Positions 18,268 through 28,503 of a stretch of 32,000 nucleotides of DNA are shown here, one piece after another. How positions within the stretch are numbered: the stretch's first letter is position 1; the number at the start of each line of letters is the position of its first letter. The notes below the pieces were generated by a model. The model was not told the origin of the DNA. It did no database searches and saw nothing but the letters and a program-made list of their open reading frames with translations. A program made the translations under genes and the position numbers. Source of the DNA: Desulfobulbus propionicus DSM 2032 (GTDB lineage Bacteria; Desulfobacterota; Desulfobulbia; Desulfobulbales; Desulfobulbaceae); the NCBI RefSeq assembly GCF_000186885.1, contig NC_014972.1, positions 450,001-482,000 on the forward strand, given 5' to 3'.

Positions 18268-19056
18268 TTATCGCCCGCCCACTCCTGGCAGCCAAGCCAG
18301 GACCCGCTGAATTTGCCTATCCCAGCACGACCACTCGTGCCCGCCTGGCCCTTCCTCATAGCACACCGACAAGCCCAGTGACGCCGCATGCTCGCGGAAC
18401 CGGACATTGTCCGCGTGGAGGAAATCCTCGGTCCCGCACCACTGGTACAGGTCAGGGCGCGGATGCTTCTGTTCGACCAGCCGCGCCGCGAGGGTGAAGA
18501 GGTCGTCGCCGCCTCCGGCCAGCGCGTCGATTTCGCCAAAAATGTGGCGGAACTCGCCGTGCCCCGCCACCTGTTCCTCCTTGGCAAGGCGGACGACATC
18601 CAACGCCCCCGACAAACTGGCAGCCGCCGCATACCGCTGTGGGTGCGTCAAGGCCAGCTTGAAGGCTCCGTAGCCGCCCATGGAAAGCCCGGCCACATAG
18701 TTGTGGTCGCGCACCGCGGAGAGCGGGAAAAAGTGGCGGGCAATGGCCGGCAGCTCCTCGCTGACAAAGGTCCAGTAGCGTTGGCCGGTGATCGTGTTCG
18801 CATAAAAACTGCGGTGCACGGCGGGCATGACCACGGCCAGGTTGAGGCCTTCCAGATAGCGTTCGATCGCGGTGCGCCGTTGCCAGGCGGTGTGATCGTC
18901 GGACAGACCATGGAGCAGGTACAAGGTGGAAAACCGCTTCTGGCGGTCTGACGTACCGCGTTGGGTCTCCAGGGGATCGGGGTCGGGCAGCAGTACCTCC
19001 ATGGACGACATCAGCCCCAGCACCTGGGAAAAGAAATGACAGTGAATGAGTGCCAT
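18268..19056 (-). CDS. Alpha/beta-hydrolase esterase (tributyrin esterase / esterase D-like)
   Basis: FSTLYLLHGLSDDHTAW and GLSMGGYGAFKLAL (GxSxG nucleophile), H near the C-terminus (GGHEWSCWDR). Confidence 0.85.
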   Translation of the reverse strand: MALIHCHFFSQVLGLMSSMEVLLPDPDPLETQRGTSDRQKRFSTLYLLHGLSDDHTAWQRRTAIERYLEGLNLAVVMPAVHRSFYANTITGQRYWTFVSEELPAIARHFFPLSAVRDHNYVAGLSMGGYGAFKLALTHPQRYAAAASLSGALDVVRLAKEEQVAGHGEFRHIFGEIDALAGGGDDLFTLAARLVEQKHPRPDLYQWCGTEDFLHADNVRFREHAASLGLSVCYEEGPGGHEWSCWDRQIQRVLAWLPGVGGR

Positions 19057-19613
19057 TGATTCCGCTCCGTTATGCCGTGTTGGTGTGGTTGCCAGCCGCT
19101 CGCCTGTCCGGCGGCGGGGCGACCCGGTGGAATGCCGCCGCCTTTCGCCGACCAGTTGGAACCTCCTGCGGCCAGCATGTTCCCCTGGTGCAGGGGAAGC
19201 AATAATCGAACGATCCGCCGGCAAAGTCAACGGGTTTGCGGACAGAAGCGCAAAAAGCCCCATTCGCCGCCGATCGATTGATCGATTGCCGCGCACCACC
19301 GCGCGCAGCAGACGGCTGACACGACGACGGTCATGGGGCTGATACATGGACTATGCATTTTCTACCTAATCTCACTCTATTGTTCTTTGCCGTCCATCAC
19401 TTTATTAATGAAAAAAATGCAAGGCAACCTTGTGGATTGCTCGGGCGACGATTTGAAAACAATACCAGTCGGCCTCAATTCCGGTCGTTGCTCTCTGTAT
19501 CTGAAGCGAGGGAAGAGGAATCAAGCCGCTGGATCGTGGGGAAAAACAATGCCGGTCGCGCATTGTTGAAGAAAACAGATTGCCTCATCAACCACAACAA
19601 AGGAGTCAATGCC

Positions 19614-21449
19614 ATGGCCAACTACATCTTCAAGGGAAAACTTCGCGCCTATATCTGCAAGGAATGCCTCGATGTGCTTGCCGGCGTTCAAGTGCGCCTT
19701 TATCGCCACCGAGACAATCAAGATGTGTCCAATTTGGTGCAGGCAGAGCCGAAGCATACCTTTGCGGTGCTCAGCGATGCGGAGATAGCGGCCAAGGAGC
19801 GATTCCTGATAGCCGAAACCCGCACCGATGAGCAGGGCGAGTTCGCGTTTCGGCTCAGTACCGACAAGGACAAATACGCTGGCGAGGCCTTTGAGGTGGA
19901 TGTGCGGATGACCTCGGTGCCGGGGCAGAAAGCCGATGCCAAGCCGGCGACGGTGCAGTTCACCATCACCTCGCTCAAACCGGAATGGACGCAGCACGGC
20001 AATGAGCTGATCGCCCCGTACTGGGATTACCTCATCCCCGCGCGCTTTTGGTGTCATCTGCTTGCCTATTTCGACCTCTGGGTGATTTGTGGCAGGTTCG
20101 TGACCTGCGAGGGAAGAAGGCCGCTGCCCGGCGCCACCATCCGTGCCTTTGACGCCGACTGGATTCAGCATGACGCCCTTGGCGAGGCGATCACCGACTT
20201 CAATGGCCAGTTCCGCATCTATTACACTTCCGCCGATTTCAAGAAAACACCGCTTTCACCGTGGATCAACATCGAGCTGACCGGTGGGCCGGACCTCTTC
20301 TTCCAGGCCGAGTACGGCGGCAGCCTGGTGATCAACGAGAGTTCCTCGGCGGGTCGCCAGGCCGGCCGCGAAAATGTGGGCCACTGTTTTTGCATCGAGC
20401 TGTGCACGGATAAAATCGTGCCGCCGGATGCCGATGAAATCCCCCATTGGGAGCGGGTCGAGGAGTTCGAGGTCGACACCGATTTTTCGCCCGAAGGCTA
20501 TGCCGGTGGCGGGTCGCTGGTCATGCACGACTGCATCGACCTGCACGGCAACATGCCGCTGACGAACGTGGCCAACGGCAAGGCCCTCAAATACCGTTTC
20601 CTCATCGGCGCCTGGACCTGGCCCGGGGCGGAAGACCCGGCGGTAATCCCGCCCAACGCCCCCGCTGACGCCGATCTGGTGCCGGTGAAATCGATCTGCG
20701 ACTCCACGGTCGGGTATATCTATTACAGCGATGCCAACGGCGATCCGCGCTCGGCACCGGTCATTGTTCGCTCGGGCGACCTCGATGGCGACGGGTGCCT
20801 CACCCTGCTCGGCATGGTTGTCAAGGTCGACATGCACGACGGCACCACGGCGGACATCACGGTGACCGAACACAACTTTGTCGGCGCCTATCTGCTGATG
20901 ACCATGAATTCGCATGCCCACACCCCCGCTCCCTACGACATTCTCCACTACCTGGGACTGGCGGCGGCGGGCACGGCGGTACCGGTGGCGGAACGCGCCC
21001 CCATTCGCCGCTTCAAGCTGCGCTTCCAGGTGTACGATGTTGATCAGGCCGTTGATAAAACGACCGACAACAAGACCCTCGGCGGCCTGGTGATCGACAA
21101 CTCCCCGGTGAAATATGCCTTGCACCTGACCGAGCTCATGGGCGACCTGTGCAACAAGATCACCAACGAGGTACATATCCTCTACACCATCGATCATCCG
21201 CACCTGAATTCCTTCAGTGTGACGATCGAGAACAACGGCGGCATCGTCCACAACGCCCCGCCGCTACCCCACGGCACGTTCAGCGGCAATTTCTTCTTCC
21301 GCGGCGGGGAGAGCGGCGGCGCGGGCTTTACCGTCAATGTCGCGGCCGATCCGGTCTGCGCCTATGCGGTCAAGCTCAGTTGGCAGACCCGGCACTATCA
21401 CAGCAACCGGGGCAACAGCCGCCACACCCAGATCCTGTACTGCAAGTGA
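19614..21449 (+). CDS. Uncharacterised 611-aa protein, probably with beta-sandwich (carboxypeptidase-regulatory/transthyretin-like) segments
   Basis: In-frame ATG at 19614 preceded by AGGAG. Segments such as CEGRRPLPGATIRAFDADWIQHDALGEAITDFNGQFRIYY resemble CarboxypepD_reg/TTR-like repeats. Confidence 0.7.
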   Translation: MANYIFKGKLRAYICKECLDVLAGVQVRLYRHRDNQDVSNLVQAEPKHTFAVLSDAEIAAKERFLIAETRTDEQGEFAFRLSTDKDKYAGEAFEVDVRMTSVPGQKADAKPATVQFTITSLKPEWTQHGNELIAPYWDYLIPARFWCHLLAYFDLWVICGRFVTCEGRRPLPGATIRAFDADWIQHDALGEAITDFNGQFRIYYTSADFKKTPLSPWINIELTGGPDLFFQAEYGGSLVINESSSAGRQAGRENVGHCFCIELCTDKIVPPDADEIPHWERVEEFEVDTDFSPEGYAGGGSLVMHDCIDLHGNMPLTNVANGKALKYRFLIGAWTWPGAEDPAVIPPNAPADADLVPVKSICDSTVGYIYYSDANGDPRSAPVIVRSGDLDGDGCLTLLGMVVKVDMHDGTTADITVTEHNFVGAYLLMTMNSHAHTPAPYDILHYLGLAAAGTAVPVAERAPIRRFKLRFQVYDVDQAVDKTTDNKTLGGLVIDNSPVKYALHLTELMGDLCNKITNEVHILYTIDHPHLNSFSVTIENNGGIVHNAPPLPHGTFSGNFFFRGGESGGAGFTVNVAADPVCAYAVKLSWQTRHYHSNRGNSRHTQILYCK

Positions 21450-21593
21450 CGGCCGACGGCCCGGCTTCGGACAAAAGACGCCGTGATGGAACGGAACCAG
21501 GGATGCAAGGGGGCAACGTTGATGCCGTGCACGCCTCAAGCGAACGGGTGAACGTTGTCTCATGTTGACATATTTCACGATAAGGAGGTCACG

Positions 21594-23990
21594 ATGAGTG
21601 GAGCGACTGGTCAGCGAACACGGGGCGTGTGGTGTGTGCTCTTCCTGCTGGGCATGCTCGGGCCGAGCGCTGATGGGGTGTGGGCCCAGGGAACCGCGCA
21701 AGGGGAAATCGAAGGCCGGGCGGCGCCGGTCGCGCGGCGCATGTGCCTGGCCGGGGCACACGCCGGAAGCCTCTGCAATGAGGACGCGGATTGTCCGGGA
21801 GCTGCCTGCCGGGATCGCAACATCGTCAACCTGTCCGTGGCCGTGCACTACGACGCGCCGGCCGGGGACATCACCACGATCCAAAACATGGTCAGCGCCG
21901 GTTCGACCACCCTGTTCGATGTGACCGACGGGCAGACCGAAATCGGCCAGGCAACCATTCACAACAATTCCGCCGGGACCACCCGGGCCGACATCCGCGT
22001 CTACCCGGCGACCTGCACGGGCGGCACCCAGATTGGCAATGCCTGCAACATCAGCAACGACTGCGCCGACACGCCCGGCACCAACGATGGACGCTGCGGC
22101 GTCTGGTGGATGGCGGATACCGGTTCGTGGCGCAATAGCGGCAGCGTGCATGTGTCGATCAATTATATCAACGCCGCCGGGGCCAATGTCGGCCAATTCA
22201 TCGGTCACGAGCTGTCCCATCTGCTCTTCGACGTGCGCGACGAATACGAGAGCCGTCCGGGGTGCGGAGCGAATACGGGCAACGCCGACTGTCCGGACGC
22301 CGCCGCCGGACAGACCGAATGTCTGATGGACAGCAACCAGTCGGAGTTCTGCTGGGGGCAGGGAAACCCGGCCAACCTGACCGACCTGACCGGGGGCAAC
22401 CATGACGCCACCAACATCACCGAGCAGTCGCAATGCCGCAATAACCGCTCCTGCTGGGAACAGGTGGTCTGGGCCTGGCCCAATACCATCCTCGCTCCCA
22501 CCGGCGCGCCCGATCCGGCGGCCCACGGTGCCGCCGTCAACCCGACCCAGTTCGTGGTGACCCACGACACCGTGCGGGTGGTGCTGGTGCTTGACGAATC
22601 CGGCAGCATGAACGCCGAGACTCCCAAGCGCATCGAGCGCCTCAAGGTCGCGGCCAAGAATTTTGTATCCCTGGCCGAGAACGGCACCGAACTGGGGATC
22701 GTTTCCTATGCCAGCGACGCCGCCGTTGCCAGCGGCCGGACCGAGGTGGCCATCGCGCCGCTGGGGGCAAACCGCGCCGCCTGGAACAACGCCATTGACG
22801 GCCTCGGACCGAGCACCCGGACCAATATCGGTGCCGGTCTGCAAAAAGCCCGCGACCTGATCACCGCTGCTGGCGGGGTGACCGCCAACACTTATATCGT
22901 GCTGATGAGCGATGGCCTGAACAACGAGCCGGCGCCGCAAGCCAACGCCGATGCCGATCTGAACGGCAAGATCGCCATGCTGCTCGCCGACGGCATCCCG
23001 GTCTACGTCACCTGCACCGGCAGCGACTTGGGCTTGGCGTCGCAGTGTTCGGAAATCGGCACCGGTACCGGTGGCCACTACGTCGATTCGGCGGACTCCG
23101 CGCGGCTGCCGGAAGCCTTCGCCGACTTCCACGAACGGATCGTCGCCCACGAGCCCGTCCGTTCGGTGACCGGCGATCTGGCCAAGGTGACCCCCAAGGA
23201 TCCGGTGGCCACCGCGTTCGTCGAAGAGGGCGCGCAGTCGGCCTCGTTCGTTTTCCAGTGGGCCAATCCCGAGGCCGGGGCCAACATGGTCATCCAGGAC
23301 CCCAAAGGCGATTATCACGACACCCAGCAGATGACCATGGGCCGCTTTCTGCGCGTCGCCAATCCGGTCCCCGGTGACTGGCGGATTTTCGTCAATCCGC
23401 GCGGCACGGCCAGCCCCTTCGTTGCCCGCGCCTTTGTCCGCAATCCCGCCAATCACCTGGCGGTCGGGGTCCGCTACCCAAGCGTCATCCCGCAGGGCGA
23501 TATCGCCATCTATGCCTACCCCAAGAACATGGGGCTGGCAGTAACCTCCACCGAGCCGATCCTGGCGCGGGTGACCCGCCCGGATGGCACGCACGACACC
23601 CTCGAACTGTTTGATCGCGGCCGCGATGCCGCCGGCCATGGCGACGATGTCCCCGGTGACGGCGTCTTTACCGGTGTTTACAAAGGGACCGCCCAGGCTG
23701 GCCCCTATCAGTTCCTTGTCCAGGCGGACATCAAGGACTGGCAGGTCAGCGCCGATGCCCACGAATACAAGCAGGAGGGGCCGACCACCCGGTTCGTGCG
23801 CGAGGCGCGCCTGTCCTCCGCCGTCGATGATCCGAACGTGATCGAAAGCACGCCGGAAGACGACCGGCCCGTTGTTGTCGAGGATGGGTGGCAGTGCGAA
23901 CGCTACCTGTGCCTGATTTTGTTGGCCCTCCTCGTCTTCCTGGTGCTCAACCTGCTGTGGCTACTCTCTTGCTGGCGCTCGCGGCGATAA
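21594..23990 (+). CDS. CLCA-like secreted/membrane-anchored protein: HExxHxxxDxxDE metalloprotease-like domain, VWA domain, C-terminal TM helix
   Basis: AAGGAGGT before ATG 21594; signal peptide; GHELSHLLFDVRDEYE; MIDAS VLDESGSMNAE; C-terminal CLILLALLVFLVLNLLWLLSCWRSRR. Confidence 0.85.
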   Translation: MSGATGQRTRGVWCVLFLLGMLGPSADGVWAQGTAQGEIEGRAAPVARRMCLAGAHAGSLCNEDADCPGAACRDRNIVNLSVAVHYDAPAGDITTIQNMVSAGSTTLFDVTDGQTEIGQATIHNNSAGTTRADIRVYPATCTGGTQIGNACNISNDCADTPGTNDGRCGVWWMADTGSWRNSGSVHVSINYINAAGANVGQFIGHELSHLLFDVRDEYESRPGCGANTGNADCPDAAAGQTECLMDSNQSEFCWGQGNPANLTDLTGGNHDATNITEQSQCRNNRSCWEQVVWAWPNTILAPTGAPDPAAHGAAVNPTQFVVTHDTVRVVLVLDESGSMNAETPKRIERLKVAAKNFVSLAENGTELGIVSYASDAAVASGRTEVAIAPLGANRAAWNNAIDGLGPSTRTNIGAGLQKARDLITAAGGVTANTYIVLMSDGLNNEPAPQANADADLNGKIAMLLADGIPVYVTCTGSDLGLASQCSEIGTGTGGHYVDSADSARLPEAFADFHERIVAHEPVRSVTGDLAKVTPKDPVATAFVEEGAQSASFVFQWANPEAGANMVIQDPKGDYHDTQQMTMGRFLRVANPVPGDWRIFVNPRGTASPFVARAFVRNPANHLAVGVRYPSVIPQGDIAIYAYPKNMGLAVTSTEPILARVTRPDGTHDTLELFDRGRDAAGHGDDVPGDGVFTGVYKGTAQAGPYQFLVQADIKDWQVSADAHEYKQEGPTTRFVREARLSSAVDDPNVIESTPEDDRPVVVEDGWQCERYLCLILLALLVFLVLNLLWLLSCWRSRR

Positions 23991-24081
23991 GTTGGCGGTC
24001 ACCGTCTCGCATCGAGGCGGCGAGCCTTGTTATCCCCTGGGGAAGTTGACCCGAGAGGCAAGAACAATCGAAACCACCCGG

Positions 24082-24109
24082 ACGGGGGGGATCTCCCCCC
24101 CGTTTTTTT
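24082..24109 (+). terminator. Intrinsic terminator downstream of the CLCA-like gene
   Basis: ACGGGGGGG-ATCT-CCCCCCCGT followed by a T run. Confidence 0.85.
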
Positions 24110-24163
24110 GTGGCCGACGAGGGGTGCGGTGTCGGCCGTTGGCAATCCCGATTTTGTCCGGGG

Positions 24164-26662
24164 TCACCGGTCCCTTTTCGCTTCGTTCACAAGCAACTCA
24201 CCCAAAGCGGTTTGTCGCCTGCTGGTGTCTTGGTTGCGCACCGCCATGGCCAGCGCCTTGCGCGTGCCCACAAAAACGGCCAGCCGCCGGGCCCTGGTCA
24301 GGCCGGTGTAGATCAGATTGCGAAAGAGCATTTTGAAATGCTGCGGAAGGACCGGGAGGATCACCGCTTCAAATTCACTGCCCTGGGCTTTGTGAATGGT
24401 GATGGCGTACGCCAGTTCCAGTTCGACGATGTCCTCCTTGCGATACACGACCTCCCGATGATCGGGGAAAAAGGAAACCACACAGGTCAGCTCTTCGTTG
24501 TCCAGGTGCGTGATCCTGCCGATGTCGCCGTTGAACACGCCCAACTCATAGTTGTTCTTCCGGTGGATGACCCGGTCGCCCACCCTGAACAGCCGTTCTC
24601 CCACGGTAAGCTGCGCCTTCCCTTCCCGGGGCGGATTGGCCGCTTCCTGGAGCATGCGGTTAAGGCTATGGGTGCCGAGGCTGCCACGGGTCATGGGCGA
24701 CAACACCTGGATTTCACAATGCGGTCCGAAATATTTGGGAATCCATTCCAGGTAGAGCTTGCAGACCGTGTCCGAGGCGGTCAGTCCATAATGCAGGGCT
24801 GACCAGGGATGTACCTTGCCCAGCACGGCGCGCAAGGCATCGATGTCGGTGTGCGCGCCATGGATCGCCTCCAGATTGACATGCTGGAACTTTTTCGGCA
24901 CCACGAATCCTGGCTCATAGGGTACCAACGGTTCATTGGTCCGGAAGGCGTACAGGTTTGCCTCGTCCTCCGGGAGAGTGTCCCGGGTGCGCGCCTGCAA
25001 CCGTTTGACCTTGCCGATGAAAGTCAACTGCTCCCGGGTGGCTTCCACCGCATCGATGAAGAGGCAATCCGCCTTGTTCCGCCACAATGCCGGCTTGTTG
25101 AACGGTGAGTCGATCGAGGGCAGCGCGCCGCTGTTGATCTGATGCGCGTATTGGACGATCAGCGATTGCCGCGCCTGCCGGAAGACCTTGCTGAGATGGA
25201 AACAGGGGATCTGTTGGGAGGCGATCAGGTCGTGCAACACGTTGCCCGCACCCACCGATGGCAGCTGGTCCGCATCGCCGATCAAGAGCACCTGACTGTG
25301 CTGGGGCACCGCCCTGAGCAGCGACGCCGTCAAGCTGATGTCCAACATCGAGCATTCGTCGACGATGAGAAAATCCGCCGCCAGCGGTTCCTGCTCGTTT
25401 TTCTTGAATGTTCCCTGCTGCCACTCCAGCAGGCGATGGATCGTTTTCGCTTCCCGGCCAATCACCTCCGCCATGCGTTGGGCGGCCCGGCCCGTGGGCG
25501 CGGCGAGCACGACCTTAAATCCCATGGCCTCAAGCAGGTGCACCAGCACCAGGGTGGTGGTTGTCTTGCCGCAGCCCGGACCGCCGGTCAGGATCGAGAA
25601 GCGTTCACCGGCGATTTTGGTGACCGCGGCCGCCTGTTCCTCGCTCAAGGATAAGGTGTGGGACGCGCAGTACCGGTCAATCCAATGCCTCACCCGATGT
25701 GTGTCGAGGGAGGGAGCGGGACCGTGGCGCGCAACCCGCTGGGCCACGTAAACCTCGTCGAAGAAGAGCGATTTCGCGTAGTAACAGGCCACTGTCCCCT
25801 GTCCTGGAACGGCAAGGTGCCGGACCATGAGCCGCCCGTCCTGTTCCATCTGATCAAGCAATGCGGGAAGCCGGCCACCGACTTCCAGGTGCAACAGCTC
25901 CCCGACCTGGGCCTCGATTTGCGACGCGGTCAGGTAACAGTGACCGAAGTCCCTGCTCGCCGCCAGCACATGTCTGATCCCCGCCATGACGCGCTGCGGG
26001 CTATCGGCCGCCAGGCCAATACTCAAGGCCACCTTGTCTGCGGAAAAAAAGCCGATCCCGTAAATATCCTGGGCGAGCCGATAGGGATCCTCGGTGACGG
26101 AGGCGATGGCACGGTCGCCGTACTGCCTGTAGATGCGGACGGCAAACAACGTGCTGATGCCGTGTTGCTGGAGGAACATCATCACGTCACGGATCGCCCG
26201 ATGCGCCGCCCAGGCCGTGCTGATCATTTCCAGTTTCTTGCGTGCGATCCCCGGGACCTCGAGCAGCCGTTCTTTCTCCCCTTCAAAGACAGCAAGCGTT
26301 TGTTCCCCGAAGTGGGCGACAATGCGTTTGGCGGTCTTGGGCCCCACCCCCTTGATGAGCCCGGAGCCCAGATACTTTTCCAGCGCGGCCGAGGTGGCCG
26401 GTTTTCGTTCAATCGCCTGGGTGGCCTGGAATTGGCGGCCATACTGGGGATGCGCGGTCCAGGCGCCCTTGAACTCCATGGTGGCGCCGGCGAACACCTT
26501 GGTCTGATGGACGACCACCGTCTCCTGCCGCAGAGGGTTGGCGAACGGGGAAACGCGCAAGATGGAAAACCCATTGTCGGCGTTGTGATAGGTCACGCGC
26601 TCCACAATGCCCCGGATGGTTTCTTCGATCGCCCCGGTGTGTCCGGTGGTTGGTTGTCGCAT
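24164..26662 (-). CDS. recD2: RecD2/TraA-type ATP-dependent helicase
   Basis: Start MRQPTTGHTGAIEETIRG; GLIKGVGPKTAKRIVAHFG, Walker A ILTGGPGCGKTTT, VDECSMLD, AITIHKAQGSEFEAVILP. Confidence 0.93.
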   Translation of the reverse strand: MRQPTTGHTGAIEETIRGIVERVTYHNADNGFSILRVSPFANPLRQETVVVHQTKVFAGATMEFKGAWTAHPQYGRQFQATQAIERKPATSAALEKYLGSGLIKGVGPKTAKRIVAHFGEQTLAVFEGEKERLLEVPGIARKKLEMISTAWAAHRAIRDVMMFLQQHGISTLFAVRIYRQYGDRAIASVTEDPYRLAQDIYGIGFFSADKVALSIGLAADSPQRVMAGIRHVLAASRDFGHCYLTASQIEAQVGELLHLEVGGRLPALLDQMEQDGRLMVRHLAVPGQGTVACYYAKSLFFDEVYVAQRVARHGPAPSLDTHRVRHWIDRYCASHTLSLSEEQAAAVTKIAGERFSILTGGPGCGKTTTTLVLVHLLEAMGFKVVLAAPTGRAAQRMAEVIGREAKTIHRLLEWQQGTFKKNEQEPLAADFLIVDECSMLDISLTASLLRAVPQHSQVLLIGDADQLPSVGAGNVLHDLIASQQIPCFHLSKVFRQARQSLIVQYAHQINSGALPSIDSPFNKPALWRNKADCLFIDAVEATREQLTFIGKVKRLQARTRDTLPEDEANLYAFRTNEPLVPYEPGFVVPKKFQHVNLEAIHGAHTDIDALRAVLGKVHPWSALHYGLTASDTVCKLYLEWIPKYFGPHCEIQVLSPMTRGSLGTHSLNRMLQEAANPPREGKAQLTVGERLFRVGDRVIHRKNNYELGVFNGDIGRITHLDNEELTCVVSFFPDHREVVYRKEDIVELELAYAITIHKAQGSEFEAVILPVLPQHFKMLFRNLIYTGLTRARRLAVFVGTRKALAMAVRNQDTSRRQTALGELLVNEAKRDR

Positions 26663-26860
26663 GGGAAGAAGGGGGATTGGGCAAAAAAGTCCGGCCCGCC
26701 GCGCATCGAGGGCCGATATATTGATCGTCTGATCATTCCAAACAAACTTCGCGAAAAAAGGCAAGAGATCGGTTCTGCCACCGCCAACCGCGAGCAGAAG
26801 GGGCGTTTTCGGCCGTGCCAACGGCCTTGGGTAGACCTGGCGAACAGCTGCGGCGCGGCG

Positions 26861-27727
26861 TTAGAGGGAGAGGTTCTGGAGGGCGTGGTGCAAAGCGTTC
26901 GGGATGGCCCCGATCAGCTCGGCAACCTGCGTGGCCGGAGTGGGATGGGCGAACAAGCCGCACAGCCGATTGGCCGTGGCCGCGACAACGGCGGCTTGGA
27001 TCGGGGCAACACCTGATGCGCACAAGCAGGCCAGCAATCCGGTGAGCGTGTCACCTGTGCCCCCGATGGCCTCCATCGCCGGAAACGAAGGGCTGCTGAC
27101 CTCGGCAACCACCTGATCCCTGCACGCAATGTAATCCGTGCCGCCCTTCACCAGCAGATGGGTGGCGGCATTGCCGTACCGGTATGCCTGATGGATCAGT
27201 TCTTCAACCTTGTTGTGTTGATGGAGGAGGAATCCTCTTGTGTAAAAAGGATGCGGCGCCATTTCATCCGCCAAGAAAGCCAGCTCGCCGGCATCGGGCG
27301 TGAAAAAATCATAGCTGGCCGCCTGGCCACTCATCTTGGCCGCATACATGAAGCCCGCATCGGCAATCAACATCGGCGGCGTGGCCAGGGCCTCGACGGC
27401 AAAGAGCACCTTGGTGTGCCAATCCACATCGGGTTGCAGGTAATGAAAGGTGAGCACGTGCAGGTCATGCGCCTGCACGTGCTGGGTGAGGAATTGATAG
27501 ACACGCCGACTCCCTTGCCCGGTGCCGATATCTCCGGCAATGAAAGCGTAAATTTCCGGACCGTCGAGATATTCAGCCGCCTTGGCCGCCGCCGCAAGCA
27601 ACGCCGGCGTGCCGCGATGAATGGGAATACGCTGGTCGGCGAGCCACAGCTGGCCATCCAGCATGCGCGCCCGCCCATGAAGCAGCGGTACGCGGGCATC
27701 AGGAATCGTGCCAACTATGCCAAGCAT
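26861..27727 (-). CDS. NAD(P)H-hydrate dehydratase-like (NnrD/YjeF C-terminal, sugar-kinase fold) protein
   Basis: LLVKGGTDYIA... EAIGGTGDTLTGLLACL glycine-rich GTGD motif of the NnrD/ribokinase-like family. Confidence 0.78.
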   Translation of the reverse strand: MLGIVGTIPDARVPLLHGRARMLDGQLWLADQRIPIHRGTPALLAAAAKAAEYLDGPEIYAFIAGDIGTGQGSRRVYQFLTQHVQAHDLHVLTFHYLQPDVDWHTKVLFAVEALATPPMLIADAGFMYAAKMSGQAASYDFFTPDAGELAFLADEMAPHPFYTRGFLLHQHNKVEELIHQAYRYGNAATHLLVKGGTDYIACRDQVVAEVSSPSFPAMEAIGGTGDTLTGLLACLCASGVAPIQAAVVAATANRLCGLFAHPTPATQVAELIGAIPNALHHALQNLSL

Positions 27728-28269
27728 CGCCGCCGGAGCTCCTCATGGGCCCGTTCAAGTGCGTACCCGCACAAAGTATGTCCAATGTCGCGTGGCCGGG
27801 GGGCGTCGCTGAGTTTTTTCCCCACCAGCTCGTTGGCCAGATACGGGACATCCGGGCAGCCGCCGCCGGAAATGTTGACGATTTCCAGGGTGTTCTTGGC
27901 CACGGTCATTTTCATGTTCGCGGCGCGCACCATGAGATAGTCGCCAAAATCCGTCACCGCAAACAGGTCGACCGGGGCGAGTAGCGGCGCGGTCACCGGC
28001 ACGATGCTCAGCGGAAAAATGTTCGCCCGTTCAAGCATCCGCCTGATGGCCAGTTCCTCGATCAGCGGGAACTCAATGACCAGGTCGCAGCCGGTTTGCA
28101 GCTCGGGAGGCGGCCCCATGACCCGAACCGGCATGTCCTGTTGCTTGAGCAGGGTTTCACACCGGATCACCTCGCTGGTGTGCTCAAAAACCATGATGCC
28201 GCGGCCCGCGCCATCCCCGTGGATGTCCGAACGGGGCGCGGATCTGATTCTTTTCAACCAGCCAAACAC
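27715..28269 (-). CDS. DUF3343-like protein (putative Se/S carrier-like)
   Basis: MVFEHTSEVIRCETLLKQQDMPVRVMGPPPELQTGCDLVIEFP; located between a TusA-like and a NnrD-like gene. Confidence 0.65.
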   Translation of the reverse strand: MFGWLKRIRSAPRSDIHGDGAGRGIMVFEHTSEVIRCETLLKQQDMPVRVMGPPPELQTGCDLVIEFPLIEELAIRRMLERANIFPLSIVPVTAPLLAPVDLFAVTDFGDYLMVRAANMKMTVAKNTLEIVNISGGGCPDVPYLANELVGKKLSDAPRPRDIGHTLCGYALERAHEELRRRCLA

Positions 28270-28272
28270 GAA

Positions 28273-28491
28273 TCAGCCCTTTCCGATCGTGATCCGGTAC
28301 CCATCGTCTTCGGCCACGATCTCGACGACCTGCCATCCCAGGCCGGCGGCAGCGCGGCTCACGTTTTCCCTTGCCGTATCGGTGTCCACCAGGACAACCA
28401 GTTCCTTGTTTTCCTCTTTGCGCATTGCCTCAAGGGCCATGATTACCGGTTGCGGGCAGGAAAGCCCCCGGGCGTCAACCATCGTTGGCAT
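28273..28491 (-). CDS. TusA/SirA-like sulfurtransferase (YedF N-terminal-like)
   Basis: VDARGLSCPQPVIMALEAM, the canonical CPxP TusA motif. Confidence 0.9.
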   Translation of the reverse strand: MPTMVDARGLSCPQPVIMALEAMRKEENKELVVLVDTDTARENVSRAAAGLGWQVVEIVAEDDGYRITIGKG

Positions 28492-28503
28492 GTGTATCTC
28501 TCC

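Noticed and set aside
21264-23762. 832-aa minus-strand ORF antisense to the CLCA-like gene
   Set aside because: High-GC shadow ORF. The plus-strand gene has a perfect RBS, signal peptide, catalytic and MIDAS motifs, while the antisense translation is low-complexity Gly/Val/Arg/His-rich with no recognisable domain.
25658-27016. 452-aa plus-strand ORF opposite recD2
   Set aside because: Antisense shadow of RecD2, which carries all helicase motifs.
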